A DNA stretch of 64,000 bases. It comes from Podarcis erhardii. Taxonomy: Eukaryota. The first letter of the stretch is position 1. The number at the start of each line of letters is the position of its first letter. The position numbers and the translations under genes were made by a program. This document shows positions 50,640 to 61,795 of this stretch, piece by piece. The notes beneath the pieces are model-generated. The model was not told the DNA's origin and searched no databases. It saw only the letters and a program-made list of their open reading frames with translations. Where the stretch lies: assembly GCA_964252035.1 (NCBI GenBank), contig OZ176213.1. One strand, 5' to 3'.

Positions 50640-50800
50640 ATTACGTAGGAAGAGCCTTGCTGCTGGATGAGGCCAAAGGCCCACCTAATCCAACATCCTG
50701 TTTTCACAATAACCGATCAGTTGCCCCAATGGGAAGCCCACAAGCAGAACTTGAGGGAAACAGGATTCTCCCCACTTGTAATTCCCAGCAATTGGTATCA
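50640..50800 (+). mobile_element. CR1-associated squamate repeat (related copies about 9985-10110 and 32540-32670)
   Basis: Shared aagagcc-tgctggat-aggcca-tggcccatctagtccagcatc...cacag motif in several copies. Confidence 0.55.
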
Positions 50801-50849
50801 AAAATCATATAGAAGAGCATTACAAAGCATAAAAAATAATCAGCATGGC

Positions 50850-50965
50850 TTCTCCATGCACACGAAAGCTTATACCCAGAACAAACTTAGTTGGTCTCTA
50901 ATTTTTTTATTATATATATATATTTTGACTGCGTCAGACCAACATGGCTACCTACCTGAATCATT
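50850..50965. mobile_element. Penelope-like element fragment
   Basis: cacacgaaagcttatacc...aacaaacttagttggtctcta...gaccaacatggctacctacctg, recalled from lacertid Penelope-type repeats. Confidence 0.45.
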
Positions 50966-51039
50966 AACCTTTTAGAGTGTCAATAACTACATTATTGTTT
51001 ATGTTATTGACACTCTAACAGTGTTATCTGGTAGACATT

Positions 51040-51310
51040 GTGTACTTGGAAGAAATGGGATTTCCCAGATATCTGTACTGGGACCTGTGCTATTTAACTG
51101 GTTCATAAGTGATACGGAGTCAGGATGAACATTGAGGAAGTCAAGTATGCTGAGGACACCTAGTTATTCAAGATGTTAAAAACAAAACGGAATTGTAAAG
51201 AGCTCCAAATGGATATTTTCAATCTGGGGAAAGGGGCATTAAATTTGCAACACTGGTTCAGTGTAATCAAATGTAAAATGATGCACATGGGTAAAAAATC
51301 CTATCTTTAC
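51040..51310 (+). mobile_element. Decayed CR1 RT fragment
   Basis: LGPVLFN...KYAEDT-LFKMLKTKRNCKELQMD...KCKMMHMGKK, CR1 RT motifs. Confidence 0.7.
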
Positions 51311-51786
51311 ATCTATATATCTTGGAAACTTGACTGTTTGCTGTGCGTTTGGACACCTCTTAAGATATCATGACCAAATTGTTTGTTCCTGAGATGGAGG
51401 TTTTTGTCTATGTTTGGATACAACTGGATCCCATTTGGAATCAAGATTTAAATAGCACCAATTTGATGGGCATGGCTTGAGGAAAAAGGCCTTGTGACCA
51501 AAAGTAGAATCCCAGCCAGGTCTAATTTGGCCTGGAGGATCAGAGGCTCCCCTGCCAGCTCTGTCATGTCCCATCTTACCAAACTAAAACGTCCCAAATG
51601 TTGTAACCTTCTTCTTGCAGGGGAGTTGCTTCTGCCCCCCAAATTGTTGCTTGCCCCGTTGTGATCCTGTACCAGATCTACACCATCCTGTTCCAAATAT
51701 CCCATGTATGGAATTATGACCCCATAGAGAAGGGCTGGAAGGAAACATGAAAGACTCAGCTCCACCTTTGTGGCAGGGGCATCCCT

Positions 51787-51942
51787 CATGGGTGTAGCCA
51801 GGGGGGTGCACCTGCCCTTCCCCAAATCAAGTAAATAAATAAAAATACTTAACTAACTGACCAACAGCATCACAGATAACTCAGTTCTGCTCCCCCCAAT
51901 AATGCCTGCCTCCGTCCAAAATAAATCCTGGCTACGCCCGTG
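51787..51942. mobile_element. 156-bp hAT-type MITE
   Basis: TIRs CATGGGTGTAGCCAGG / CCTGGCTACGCCCGTG; 8-bp TSD GCATCCCT / GCACCCCT. Confidence 0.8.
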
Positions 51943-52646
51943 GCACCCCTCCTTCCTCTGTGGGTGCTGCTATGCCCTTGCACAAAGACAGTTCTAGGAG
52001 TGTGCCCTTGGTATCTCAGGTGTGCGGCCAGCCGGATAATGCCAAGCGTCTTTCCATCAAAATCCCCCTTCGTCATCTGTGCCATCTTTGACAATCCACC
52101 TGGTGGAGCTGCATCTATTATATTATTATCGTTCCCTGTTCTAAAGGTGACCGGGCACACGTGACCCCCGCTTTGGGGAGCTTGAGCACTGCTGCCTCCT
52201 GGCGTGCGCTGCTGGCGACCGGGCCTTCAGAGCCAGCTTGGACTCCCATCAGCGTCACCACCCGCGACCATAGACCATTCTCTTGCTTATTTATATTCAG
52301 GCCTGGCATTGGAAGCGGGGAGGTGGAGCTTTCCGCGAGCCCCGCCCCCTCTCTGGCCTTGGCCGGGGCATGTGGCGCCGCGTTGTCACGGCAACCCCCG
52401 CGCAGCGCGGAACGCGTGGGGGCGGGGCCTGCAGCGTGGCCGGCCGGAGCCGCCGCGCGAACGCCCGAGGGGGCGGGGCAAGGCGTTCTTCTCGCGCGTG
52501 CGCTCGCTCCCCGCCTTTTTTTTTTTTTTTTTTGCCTGTGCGCGCGCGCTCGCTCGCTCGCCTCTGTGTCTGTTGGGGGAGGATTCGCAGCTCACGCGAC
52601 CCCCCGTCCTCCCCTCCGAGAGGCCTCCTTCTCCGCCTGGCGCAGG

Positions 52647-53035
52647 ATGGACCCCGCGGGGAGCCCGCTGGACTTGGGCTTCTGCCCGTCGGCGCCCTGC
52701 CTGCTGGTGGAGGACTCGCAGCCGGAGCCGGACTCCGCCCAGGACGACGGCGAGGAGCCGCAGGCCCTGCCCGGCCTGAAGAGGAGGTGGCGGGGACCAG
52801 GGGCGGAGGACGAGACGGATGGGCCGCGGGTCGTTCCGGGAGCGAAGGCGGCGGGAGGAGGCCCGGAGGAGGAGCAGCAGGAGGAGGGCCGGGGCGCTGA
52901 GGGGGCTGAGCGGGGTCCCGCAGGGGGCTCTGGGCCCGCTCCCTTGCCGCCTTCGCTCCCGGCCTCCGACTCGCCGCGCGCCCTCCTCAGCCAGGTCTTG
53001 GAGCAGCTGCCGCCGCCGCTCGCCAGGAACACCAG
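52647..53035 (+). CDS. TP53BP1: TP53BP1 first coding exon (MDPAGSPLDLGFCPSAPCLLVEDSQP...LSQVLEQLP)
   Basis: Matches recalled 53BP1 MDPTGSQLD...PCLIIEDSQP and SQVIEQLP. Donor CCAG|gtgggc, phase 2. Confidence 0.85.
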
Positions 53036-53115
53036 GTGGGCACCGCCATTCCTTCTCCGCGGGCGGGCTTTCGGCCTGCTTGACCCCTCTGAGACGTTGC
53101 TTGTCTCCCTTGCAG

Positions 53116-53183
53116 GGCGGCGGACGACCCCCGCGGCGGCGGCGCTGCTGCTGCTGCTGCACCGGGCTCGCTTTGCGCGGAAG
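53116..53183 (+). CDS. TP53BP1: TP53BP1 coding exon 2 (RAADDPRGGGAAAAAAPGSLCAE)
   Basis: Acceptor tctcccttgcag, donor AAG|gtaagt; phase 2 to 1 bridges its neighbours. Confidence 0.75.
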
Positions 53184-53500
53184 GTAAGTGGCCTCCTCCG
53201 CCTGCTGCTGCTGGGGACGGCCCTTGGGGGCTGCCCCTTCGCCATTGCTGAGAATCCAGCCCCGTGGTTGGGGGGGGGGGAGGCTGCTGCACAGGCCGTC
53301 GTCTGTTCTCGCTGGAGGCTGTCCTTGAACGGGGGGGGGGGGGTCGGGGTCCCCTCCTGACTGTTCTGCAGCCCTCTTGGTTTCACATGTAACCTTGGCG
53401 GGGTGGGAGAGGGAGGGGTTGTTTGCCGGGCCCATTTCCTCCCTTTGGATGCTGGAGCCCTTCCACATGTGCTGAGGAAGTTCTTATCTTCTGATGCTAG

Positions 53501-53656
53501 AATCAGGCATGTCGCAGCTGGGCTTCGGTGTTTTGGAGCTCTCCCAGAGCCAGAACCTTGAAGACGACTCCACAGCTAGTGTGGTTAGTGATAAGGAGCA
53601 GCTGCAACCCAAAGTGGCCTTGGAAGAAGAGGAGCAGGAGGAGGATTCCAAAGGCG
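53501..53656 (+). CDS. TP53BP1: TP53BP1 exon (SQLGFGVLELSQSQ...DKEQLQ)
   Basis: SQLGFGVLELSQSQ identical to recalled human. Acceptor gatgctag, donor GGCG|gtaggt; 156 nt. Confidence 0.92.
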
Positions 53657-54380
53657 GTAGGTGAAGTGGGGGCGGCGTCCTGAGTCTTTAGCTGAGCAGC
53701 CCTTTCCTCTGGGATAGGAAAACTTCACTCCAACTCTTCTGTTAAACTACTCACACTGCCTCAAAAGGACTTCGGGCCCAAACAGAACCTTCTTTCTTTT
53801 AAACCATCCTTACTTGTTCATTCATTCGTTTGAAGAACATTTTACCCAGTTTACAATGTAGATGGCAAAAGCTTCCAGAATGGCTTACAAAGTAAGCGGT
53901 CCCTTCCCTTGGGCATACAGTCTAAAATACATGCATTGGGCAGTGGGGTGAGTGGGGGAAAGCAAGCTCAGGCACCAGGTTTTAAACATATTATTCTTTT
54001 CTCCTAGAACTTACCAATAAACTGAGTCTCTGGAGTAACAGTACTTTTGTATACAGTATCCCTGCAAGGTACTTGAGGGACTGTAGCTGCCAGTGGTAGA
54101 GTATGTAGTTTGCAAGCAGAAACAAGGGAGCCTGACTGAGCTTGAGCCCTGGGAAGCTGCTCTCAGAATAGACTGTCCCAGACTAGGGGGGCAAATAATC
54201 TGATCACATATCAGGCAGCTTCTTATGTTCCTAAATCTTTTGAAGATAGTAATGCTGCTTGGATTGTGGTTGGATGTGATGTTATAAGTATCTTTTGGGT
54301 TGGCACTCACTGCTATCCTGTTGTCTTCTCCATTAGAGATTGTCTTCTAAACTAACATTGAGTTGTATCCATTGTTAGTA

Positions 54381-54672
54381 CAGTGGTACCTCGCAAGACG
54401 AAAAACGCGCAAGACGAAAAACGCGCAAGACGAAAGAGTTTTCCGTTTTTTGAGTCGTTCCGCAAGACAAATTTCCCTATGGGCTTGCTTCGCAAGACGA
54501 AACGTTTTGCGAGTTCTTGCGAGTTTGTTTCCTTTTTCTTAAAGCCGCTAAGCCGTTAATAGCTGCTAAGCCGCTAATAGCTGCTAAGCCGCCAAGTGCT
54601 TCGCAAGACGAAAAAACCGCAAGACAAAGAGACTCACGGAACGGATTAATTTCGTCTTGCGAGGCACCACTG
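54381..54672. mobile_element. Tc1/mariner (pogo/Tigger-like) MITE, 292 bp
   Basis: 22-bp TIRs CAGTGGTACCTCGCAAGACGAA / TTCGTCTTGCGAGGCACCACTG (1 mismatch); TA duplications at 54379-54380 and 54673-54674. Confidence 0.9.
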
Positions 54673-54985
54673 TACTACTCTGAATAGACCCATTGAAATT
54701 AGTAGACATGAGTGATCTAGGTTCATTAATTTAAGTTAGGTGCAATCTTAGCAGTGTACATAATAGAATTACCAATAAAATACATATAAAACTAGCAAAA
54801 AATCCAAAGCCCACAATAGATAATAGGTCATACAGGGAATCCAAGCAGATTTTGACTTAGCACCTAGATCAAAATCAGATTTAGTAATTCTCTGGAAAAG
54901 CCCTTAGAATGCAACATAGTGCAGTTGTGCTCTGGTATTTCAAGTGAAGCACCAATTCCTGATGCCTTTTCTGCTCTGCATGCAG

Positions 54986-55028
54986 ATCCAGATGAAGTGA
55001 CAAAGTCTGGGAGTGACTCTCCTGATAG
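54986..55028 (+). CDS. TP53BP1: TP53BP1 small exon (DPDEVTKSGSDSPD)
   Basis: Acceptor ctgcatgcag, donor TAG|gtaaat; phase 1 to 2 is required to join the flanking exons. Weak homology. Confidence 0.55.
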
Positions 55029-55728
55029 GTAAATATCTGCTTTCACCTCTCATACTTGTTGGCTAACTTGTTGCATGGTTGAACTTTCAGGAAAGGGGGC
55101 ATGGAGAGCTTGCCCTCTCTGTAGGGGTTGCAGTTTCTTTGCCCATTAAACCAGCTGTGAAGCACATGTGGTTCCATGAAGTCCTCCTTGCTGTCACACA
55201 TGTGCCGAACATTCCTGCTGCTGGTAGGAGAGAAGCTGCTACTACTTTTCTGCCTTGTTCTTTGTGAAGGAAATATATTTTCATTCCTGTTAGTTGGGAT
55301 TCGGCTAAAAGTATTGGAGGAGCCTTGCTGTTGCCTCCTGGCCAAGAAGGAAAGAAAGAAGGGACAGACCTTCCCATTGGGATTTTGCAGGAGGGGGTTG
55401 CACCAAGGTGCTGCTGGCACTCTTACTAAACCTCATTTGAATGAGAGAAAAAAGTTCCCTGACTCTTTTCTCTTTTGCATTACCTAAAGAAATGGTGGAG
55501 TAGCTTATAGCCATTCCCACTGGGATTTTTCAGGCCCAGCAGCAAAGTTCTGTTTGCACCTTTGGCAAAGCTCAGCACAAAAGCAAACATTCCTCCACTC
55601 CCCAAGTTCTGTGCATGCTTTGTGTCCTGTTTTTAATCCCCAGGGAAGCTATCAGCTTATTTGTGTGGCATTCTTTCAGTTTGTTGTATTGTTTTTCTCA
55701 AGATGTAGTCCACCCTGGGGCCTCACAG

Positions 55729-55964
55729 TGAAGAGCAGGCAACAAATATAAACAATGATACCCTGGGGAATATTGATTACACTTATGTTCCCAGCAGCAC
55801 CCCAAAAATTCTGCAGTTCCATAAAGAACCTGCAAGGAGTCCAACTTCTGCCAGCCTTCCACTTGACAGAAGGCCACAAGGGACGGATCCCTCTGGGTGG
55901 CATACACAGGATGCTGATGTCTTATCTACTCAGGAGGACATGTTTGGCCAGAGCAGCAAAACAG
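55729..55964 (+). CDS. TP53BP1: TP53BP1 exon ending VLSTQEDMFGQSSKT (5' boundary uncertain)
   Basis: VLSTQEDMF matches recalled VLSTQEDLF. Donor ACAG|gtgaaa. Acceptor ctcacag chosen for phase 2; frame open back to a TAG at 55706. Confidence 0.7.
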
Positions 55965-56889
55965 GTGAAAACAGACTGCATGCCTGTGCCGTGGCCCCTG
56001 CGACCCATGAGGGGGAAGCAGGTGCAGTTTGCTGAAGCTCTGCCTATCCTGATAGCAAAGGAAGGTTTCCTACTTGATTACTATATAGATAGTGCTACAT
56101 AGGTTCATGGGACCACATAGACAGATTAGGGTATGTCTCCTATGCACGGCACACAGTTGCTGTGGGAGGAATGGTAGGCAGTTGCTTTCTGGATGATGGG
56201 AATTCTAGTGGCACTGATAAAGTTGCCTTTTCAACGGATGTGTTTCTCTGTCACCCTTTGCTGTTGCTGCATTTTGAAAATGCCTCAGTGTTTTGAATTC
56301 TTCAAATTTTGCCTCTTTTGTTTGTGCAGATGGCTTTGAATATGTAGTGGCACAGATAACCAATGCTGAACAAGTTGTACAGGGTTGTCAGATTCTAGCA
56401 TGGGCTGCTCAAAATGTAGCTCATCAGTTGCATTGCTGACTTGCGTGCAGCACCCTGAGAGTTCCAGTTTTCAGGCAAATATGCAAAATCATTCTTTGGT
56501 GACAGCATTAAAACCTGCCAGCTGCCACTGTGGCTGAAGGACATACCATTTGCCCTTCCAACAGTGGCCAATCAGGTGCTCAGGAATAAATTTCTCTAGA
56601 TTTAGAGATAGCAGCTCTCTGGGAAAATCTCAACCGATCATCAATATTTGATGGTGTTGCTGAGGAATGTAAATCATTTTCCATCCGTGTTGGGTTTACT
56701 TATTTTTGCACACCACAAATTGTGGGTGGTCTTCTCCAATTTTGAGTAGTTGCAACAAGGTATTAAAATTGACTCTGATATAGGGAAAAGATCAGTGCAG
56801 CTGGGAGACAGATTTTCAAGGCAGTTTCCATTGGGTTGCTTGACAAAACTGCTAAATGGTTTTGTTAATTTTAATTGCCCTTGTTCCAG

Positions 56890-56995
56890 ATGGTGACAGT
56901 GCTGTGTCCAGAGTGGAAGCAGCAAATTCTCCAGTGTGCACTCCTGCCGATTCTCTGCATGTCCTTCATCTCTCTGGACAGGGACCTCTTTCCAT
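56890..56995 (+). CDS. TP53BP1: TP53BP1 exon (CTPADSLHVLHLSGQ)
   Basis: Homologous to STPATTLHLLQLSGQ. Acceptor ttgttccag, donor CAT|gtaagt; phase 1 to 2. Confidence 0.85.
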
Positions 56996-57049
56996 GTAAG
57001 TAACAAGCCTGCTCAGGTTGTTTTTGTTACCTGTTTCCCTGAATAATTG

Positions 57050-57250
57050 CTTCTAGGAAGCTGCCTTACACTGAGTCAGGTCCCTTACACTGAGTCAGGT
57101 CCATCTAGCTCAGTATTGCTCACATTGACTGGCAGAAGCTTTCCAGGATTTCAGATGGGGGGCATTCCCAGCCGTGCTTGGAAATGCAACCCGGAATTGA
57201 ACCTTGGGCCTTCCTCATATGAAGAAGGTGCTCTTCCACTATGACCTTTT
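57050..57250 (-). mobile_element. tRNA-derived squamate SINE (related copies about 31490-31690 and 61180-61385)
   Basis: Shared body ctgactggcagcagct... and reverse-complement B-box (ggattgaacctgggacc) across the three copies. Confidence 0.65.
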
Positions 57251-57662
57251 TCCTTCTCGGCTAATTGATGATCCACTTATTACTTCCTTGCCTCCTGAAT
57301 TCACTAATTGAGTCAGTTGTGCAGTTGGTTATCCCTATATTGATTGGCACTTATGCTTTCATTGATAGTGTCGTAATTGTGTCCACCTTTCAAAGTAACT
57401 GAGCTTTCTTTGCCTCTACTCCTTCTGTGATCGTTGGTCTTTGTTGCCTTCCTTTTTTTCCTTTCTGTTCCCTGATGAGGCACACAACTGAGCGCTGCTT
57501 GTGTTTCATGTTCAGTGGGAGGTACAAATGTGGTCTGTGCCTGTGAGCTGAGCCTTGGCTTTGGCCTTCAGATCTCTGGAATAGATTAGCTCATTTGCTT
57601 TTTTCTTGTGACCTTGCATATGCAGACAGTGAGGCAACCGAGTGTTCTCTTTTTCTCTGTAG

Positions 57663-57754
57663 TTGTGCTTCAGGCCTTCCTACACCATCTCCTGGCATCT
57701 CACATTCTGTACCCCTCATCATTCCAAGAAGCCCAACAGAACAGGGAACAGAAG
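57663..57754 (+). CDS. TP53BP1: TP53BP1 exon (PSPGISHSVPLIIPRSPTEQ)
   Basis: Homologous to PSPDAFRSTPFIVPSSPTEQ. Strong acceptor, donor AAG|gtatgt. Confidence 0.87.
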
Positions 57755-58029
57755 GTATGTCAACTCTTTCTGCTGGAGGCCTTGGTAGCCCTTGGCCCAA
57801 GCTATGGTGTTCAAAAAGACAACTTAGTAATGGTGACCCAGGTTTCTTTTCTTTCATTTCTGAATGTGGAGGCCCCTCCTCTTTTTGAGCACTGAAAGAG
57901 GGGTGCAGAGGGCCCGTTGGTGCCCTTCAGCTTTTTTGGCAATGAGGTGTTCTGCTCCAGCAGCAGGAACAAGGCTGTCCTCCTCTGCTTAGGCAATAAC
58001 GTTAATTTATCCACCATCTTCTGTTGCAG

Positions 58030-58187
58030 CAGCAGCAACAGGAGGAGGAGGAGGAGGGAAGCAAGAAGAAGAGCCAAAGGAGACTCAGACTCCAGGTCTT
58101 CCTCAGTCCTCTACACCTGTCGCTCAAGATGCGCCAACTTTTACTCCAGTATTCACTCCCATACCATCACAACCAGAGTTCTCCCAT
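58030..58187 (+). CDS. TP53BP1: TP53BP1 exon (QSSTPVAQ...PIPSQPEFSH)
   Basis: Matches PIPSQPQFSH. Donor CAT|gtgagt; tandem CAG acceptors (NAGNAG) possible. Confidence 0.88.
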
Positions 58188-58573
58188 GTGAGTGGTCAGA
58201 AGGTGCCCAGCACTGAGACTGGTCTTCTCTGTGCTGTGTTCATCCTTGGTAGAAGTAAGGAGGCCCCCACGCCTCTTGCCCTACAGTTTGACAATCCTTT
58301 CCTTCACTTGTGCTTTTTTGTCATAGGATTTTCGAGACGTTCACAAAGCGTTAGCCTGGCTTTGTGTATAGAAGGGCAACCTGGCCACCATGTTGGTTGT
58401 GGAAAACAGGAAGCAATACTTTATGAAGCATCTTGCTTTGTGATTGCCCTGCTGGTGTGTCTTGGTTGCAGTGTCAAGAATTACTTCTGGTTCTGTTGAG
58501 AGCTGGCCTGGTTGCAGAATCTCAGGTGTGGAGCTGTCATATTCCAATCTATTTGTGTTTCCCCCTGTTTTAG

Positions 58574-59729
58574 GACACTTTCCTCCCAACTCCAAGCTTA
58601 GAGAAAGGGCCTGAGGCACAGACAGAGAAAGGAGATGATTGTGGTATCAGTTTGCCAGCAGACAGCTCTGAAGTCCCTGAGGCACCTGCATCTGTTGTGG
58701 AGGGCCCCTTGTCATGGCCCTCGGGTGAGGCCTGCCTATTGGCGCTGTCTGCTAGTGAGTGCAGCCAGTCCACTGAGGCTGTGCAGCCTGAGGAAACAGC
58801 CATGGAAGCTCATGGTCCTCCAGTGGAGAAGCTTGGCTTGGATGGTAGATGTAGCGAGCAGCAGCGGTTTAATGAGGACAGCCATGCCTCAACTGGGCAG
58901 CCTGCAGGAAGAGGTTCCACTGCCCAAGTTGGAGTTGGAGATGACCTTGCAAGTCAGGGCCATCTCTTGTGCCAGGGGTCTCAGGAGCCAGAATGTGAAG
59001 CTGTCCCAGAAACGCCTGGTGAAGCGCAAGGAGAAGCTGAGCTGCTGAGGGATGGAAGTTCTTGCCTTCACTCGACTCACTCTCAGGAAGAAAAGGTGGA
59101 CCAGCATGTGGAACCTGCTGCAGCCAGAGAAGACTCTGAGAATGTGCTCCAGGCAGCTGGAGAGCCTGCACACCCAGATCCAGGAAACTTAAAAGAAGAC
59201 CCCTTGGAAGACTCCAAGGAGGAGGCTTCCCTGAGGATCGGCTCTGGGGTGACACTGAAGCTCTCTGACTCCCAACCAGAGCTGGAGGGAAGCAGGTCCC
59301 AGGGGAGGTCCAATGTTGCCCCTGGAGTGGGGCTGCCTGCTGCCATCTCTCCAGGCAGAAGCAACTTGGGAAGTGTGCTGGAGGAGGAGGAGAGCTTGCC
59401 ACTGCTGCCACCCCAGGGGGAAGGGAGCGGAGTGCCAACAACAGCCAAGGAGGATGAAACTGCAGAGAGCCAAGCAGCAGCAGCACCTCCAGAGCAAGGC
59501 AGGAGGAAGTCTGCTGCCCTTCCAGGGAGCCCATCAGTTACTGCAAGGGAAGATTCAGAGCTGGGACCCTTGCCTGGGAAGGAGAAAGCACCAGCAGTGA
59601 CTTTGGAAGAGGGATCCCATCCTGGGAGTGCAGAGGACCAGAGGGAGATCCAGCAGAAGCCATGTGGGCTGGAGAGAGAGGTGCAGCTGTGCCAGAGGGG
59701 TCCTGAGCCACCTGCTAGCCTGCCCAGCG
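58574..59729 (+). CDS. TP53BP1: TP53BP1 large exon (DTFLPTPSLE...VPETP...; 1156 nt)
   Basis: Starts like DIFIPSPSLE; contains LALSASECSQS and AVPETPGE motifs. Acceptor ttttag, donor AGCG|gtaagt. Confidence 0.92.
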
Positions 59730-60838
59730 GTAAGTGGTTCTGGAGAGTAAGAGCAGCAGTAGAATTGCATCATTGGAAAGCATCCCTGTGGAGTGACCCA
59801 GGCTGCCTAGGCTTGAGCCAATGTGGCTGAGAGAGAAAGGAGAGTAGCCTTTTGCAGCTTAAGAAGATAATTTCTCTTGCCCCCTCCTCTCCCTATCCCT
59901 CTGCTCTATTGTGTGAGGTCTTTCCTTGAAATACTCTCTAGTGGTTGCCAAAGGGCATGATACACATAGACTGAGATGGAGGCTGTTCCCTTCCTGCCTC
60001 TGTGCCTGTCTGGTGTGTGAAGGGTGCATTGCATCTGTTCTCACAGAGGCTGCATTGGCCTGTTGGCTTTTAAATGCCACCTTATTTATTGCTTATTAAG
60101 TACATATGTGGACTGCCTAATAGCCAGAGCTCTCTGGGCAGTTCACAGAAGAGAAATGGAAGTACAGGCATAATTCAAATCAGCTCAGACTCCTTTGCAG
60201 CTGCAGTGAGAGCCTTCCAGGCTGTTGGAACAGCATTCTAGTGCTCTCTGTGGCTTGATGACTGGCAAGGTCTCACCCTCCACCCTGCTATCTTTCAGCA
60301 GTTACTGTTATCTATTTTCGGTGATTACATTGTTAGAGAAGCACAGCGTGTTCTGTAAGTGCCTGTCTAGAGTACAATATGTTTAGCGTAGGTGGGAGGA
60401 GCTGGGATGTTTGTGCACTGGGGACTTGGGCTTTGCTCTGCCCATGGTTTCAACCTTCTGGACTAGAAGCTAACCCCCCCCCCAAAAAAAACCCCACAAC
60501 AACATAAAACAGACTTCTCCAGTATCTGTGCCTTGTACCAGCCTCTATGCAGCACATGGCAGGAAGTAAGAGGCCTGGGCACAGGATTTGCAAAGGAATC
60601 TTCTTGCCTAGTCTCACTCTCTGGAATTATTGTTAAAACAGTGTTTATGGAAGACAATCTTACTCGGCTACGAGTGATCACCAAAGAAGATGATCTTGCC
60701 TGGTAGTGTGATGCCATGCTGTTTTCTTCCAGTTGGGGCCCTTGGCTGACCATTTAGCTGCCGAGAATTTGTGGCAAGGAGGGTGCCTAGTAGCAGAATG
60801 TGAGCTTACCACCTGTCTGTTGTAATACCTTGTTCCAG

Positions 60839-60958
60839 GAACCCCCTTTCATCTCGCCCTGCTGAAGGAGAAGCATGTGATTGAGCCTCTGACAGGCATC
60901 ACACCACCTCACATTGGCCAGCTGAAGAAAGGCCCCAGGCGACACAGCACTCCTATTG
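60839..60958 (+). CDS. TP53BP1: TP53BP1 exon (TPFHLALLKE...TPPHIGQLKKGPRRHSTPI)
   Basis: Matches TPFHFTLPKE...KRHSTPIG; 120 nt; canonical sites. Confidence 0.92.
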
Positions 60959-61795
60959 GTGAGTAGGAGACGTGGGGTGGGGTTTCTGTGAGTGATAGAG
61001 ATGGGCACCAGCTGCCTTCCAGCCTTCCCAAAGTGGCCATCTTTCGTCCTTCTCTTTGCCTTCAGAAGGTGTGTGTGCTGGTGGAGAGCAAGGAGGGGAC
61101 TGATCCAAGAAGCCATCAGTATAGCAAAACCCCAGTGGGAGGGAGGCCCCGTGGTAGCTGTTTACATATTGCCAGAATGGTGTGAGCCTGGAAGATATGA
61201 CCTTACATTGTGCCATATTGCCTGTTCATTTTGCTCTATTGTCATATCTGACTGGCAGCAGCTGGGGCTTCAAGTGTGAAGAGGATCTCACAGCACCAGC
61301 TGACTGATCCCTCTAACTGGAGGGACTGCTAGGGATTGAACCTGGGACCTTGTGCATACAAAGCAAGTGCTCTGCCACTTCCTCTGCCATTTGGAAGCAG
61401 CTACAGACCACAAAGGGAATGACAGACTCTGCCCTTGGAGCAGCTGAGAAGTGTGGACAGTTGCTGTCTACACTGTTATAATCTGAAGCAAATCTGGATG
61501 CAGCTCCAACTGCTGCTGTGGCTTCCTCCACAGAATTCCAGAAGGTGCAAGGTTTCAAGGGCCCAAATTCTTCTTGGCTCCCTTGCAGAAGTACAATCCA
61601 CATAGCTTGGATTGGGAGCCCAGCTCATTCAGTCTCTTTCTGATATTAGAGCAGTTGGCCCAAGGGCTAAGGCATATTCTGGTGCTGCAGAGCTGCGATC
61701 TGCTTGGGGGTGGCCAAGAGGCTTTCTGTGCTGGTTCTTTCCAGTAAGCCTGGGTGGCTGTTGGTGAACCTGCCATCTTGCTTTGCTTGTTTCAG

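Larger units (their letters stand above)
52250..53400 (+). promoter_or_regulatory. TP53BP1: TP53BP1 promoter / CpG island
   Basis: CpG-dense. X-box-like GTTGTCACGGCAAC 52382-52395, GC boxes, NRF1-like GCGCGTGCGC 52494-52503. Confidence 0.75.

Noticed and set aside
52161-53360. 399-aa ORF as an intact TP53BP1 N-terminus
   Set aside because: Upstream and downstream parts are promoter/intron read-through in a CpG island. Homology covers only 52647-53035.
54381-54672. CRISPR-like repeat array
   Set aside because: Repeats are short, irregularly spaced and bounded by TIRs and TA duplications; this is a MITE in a vertebrate intron.
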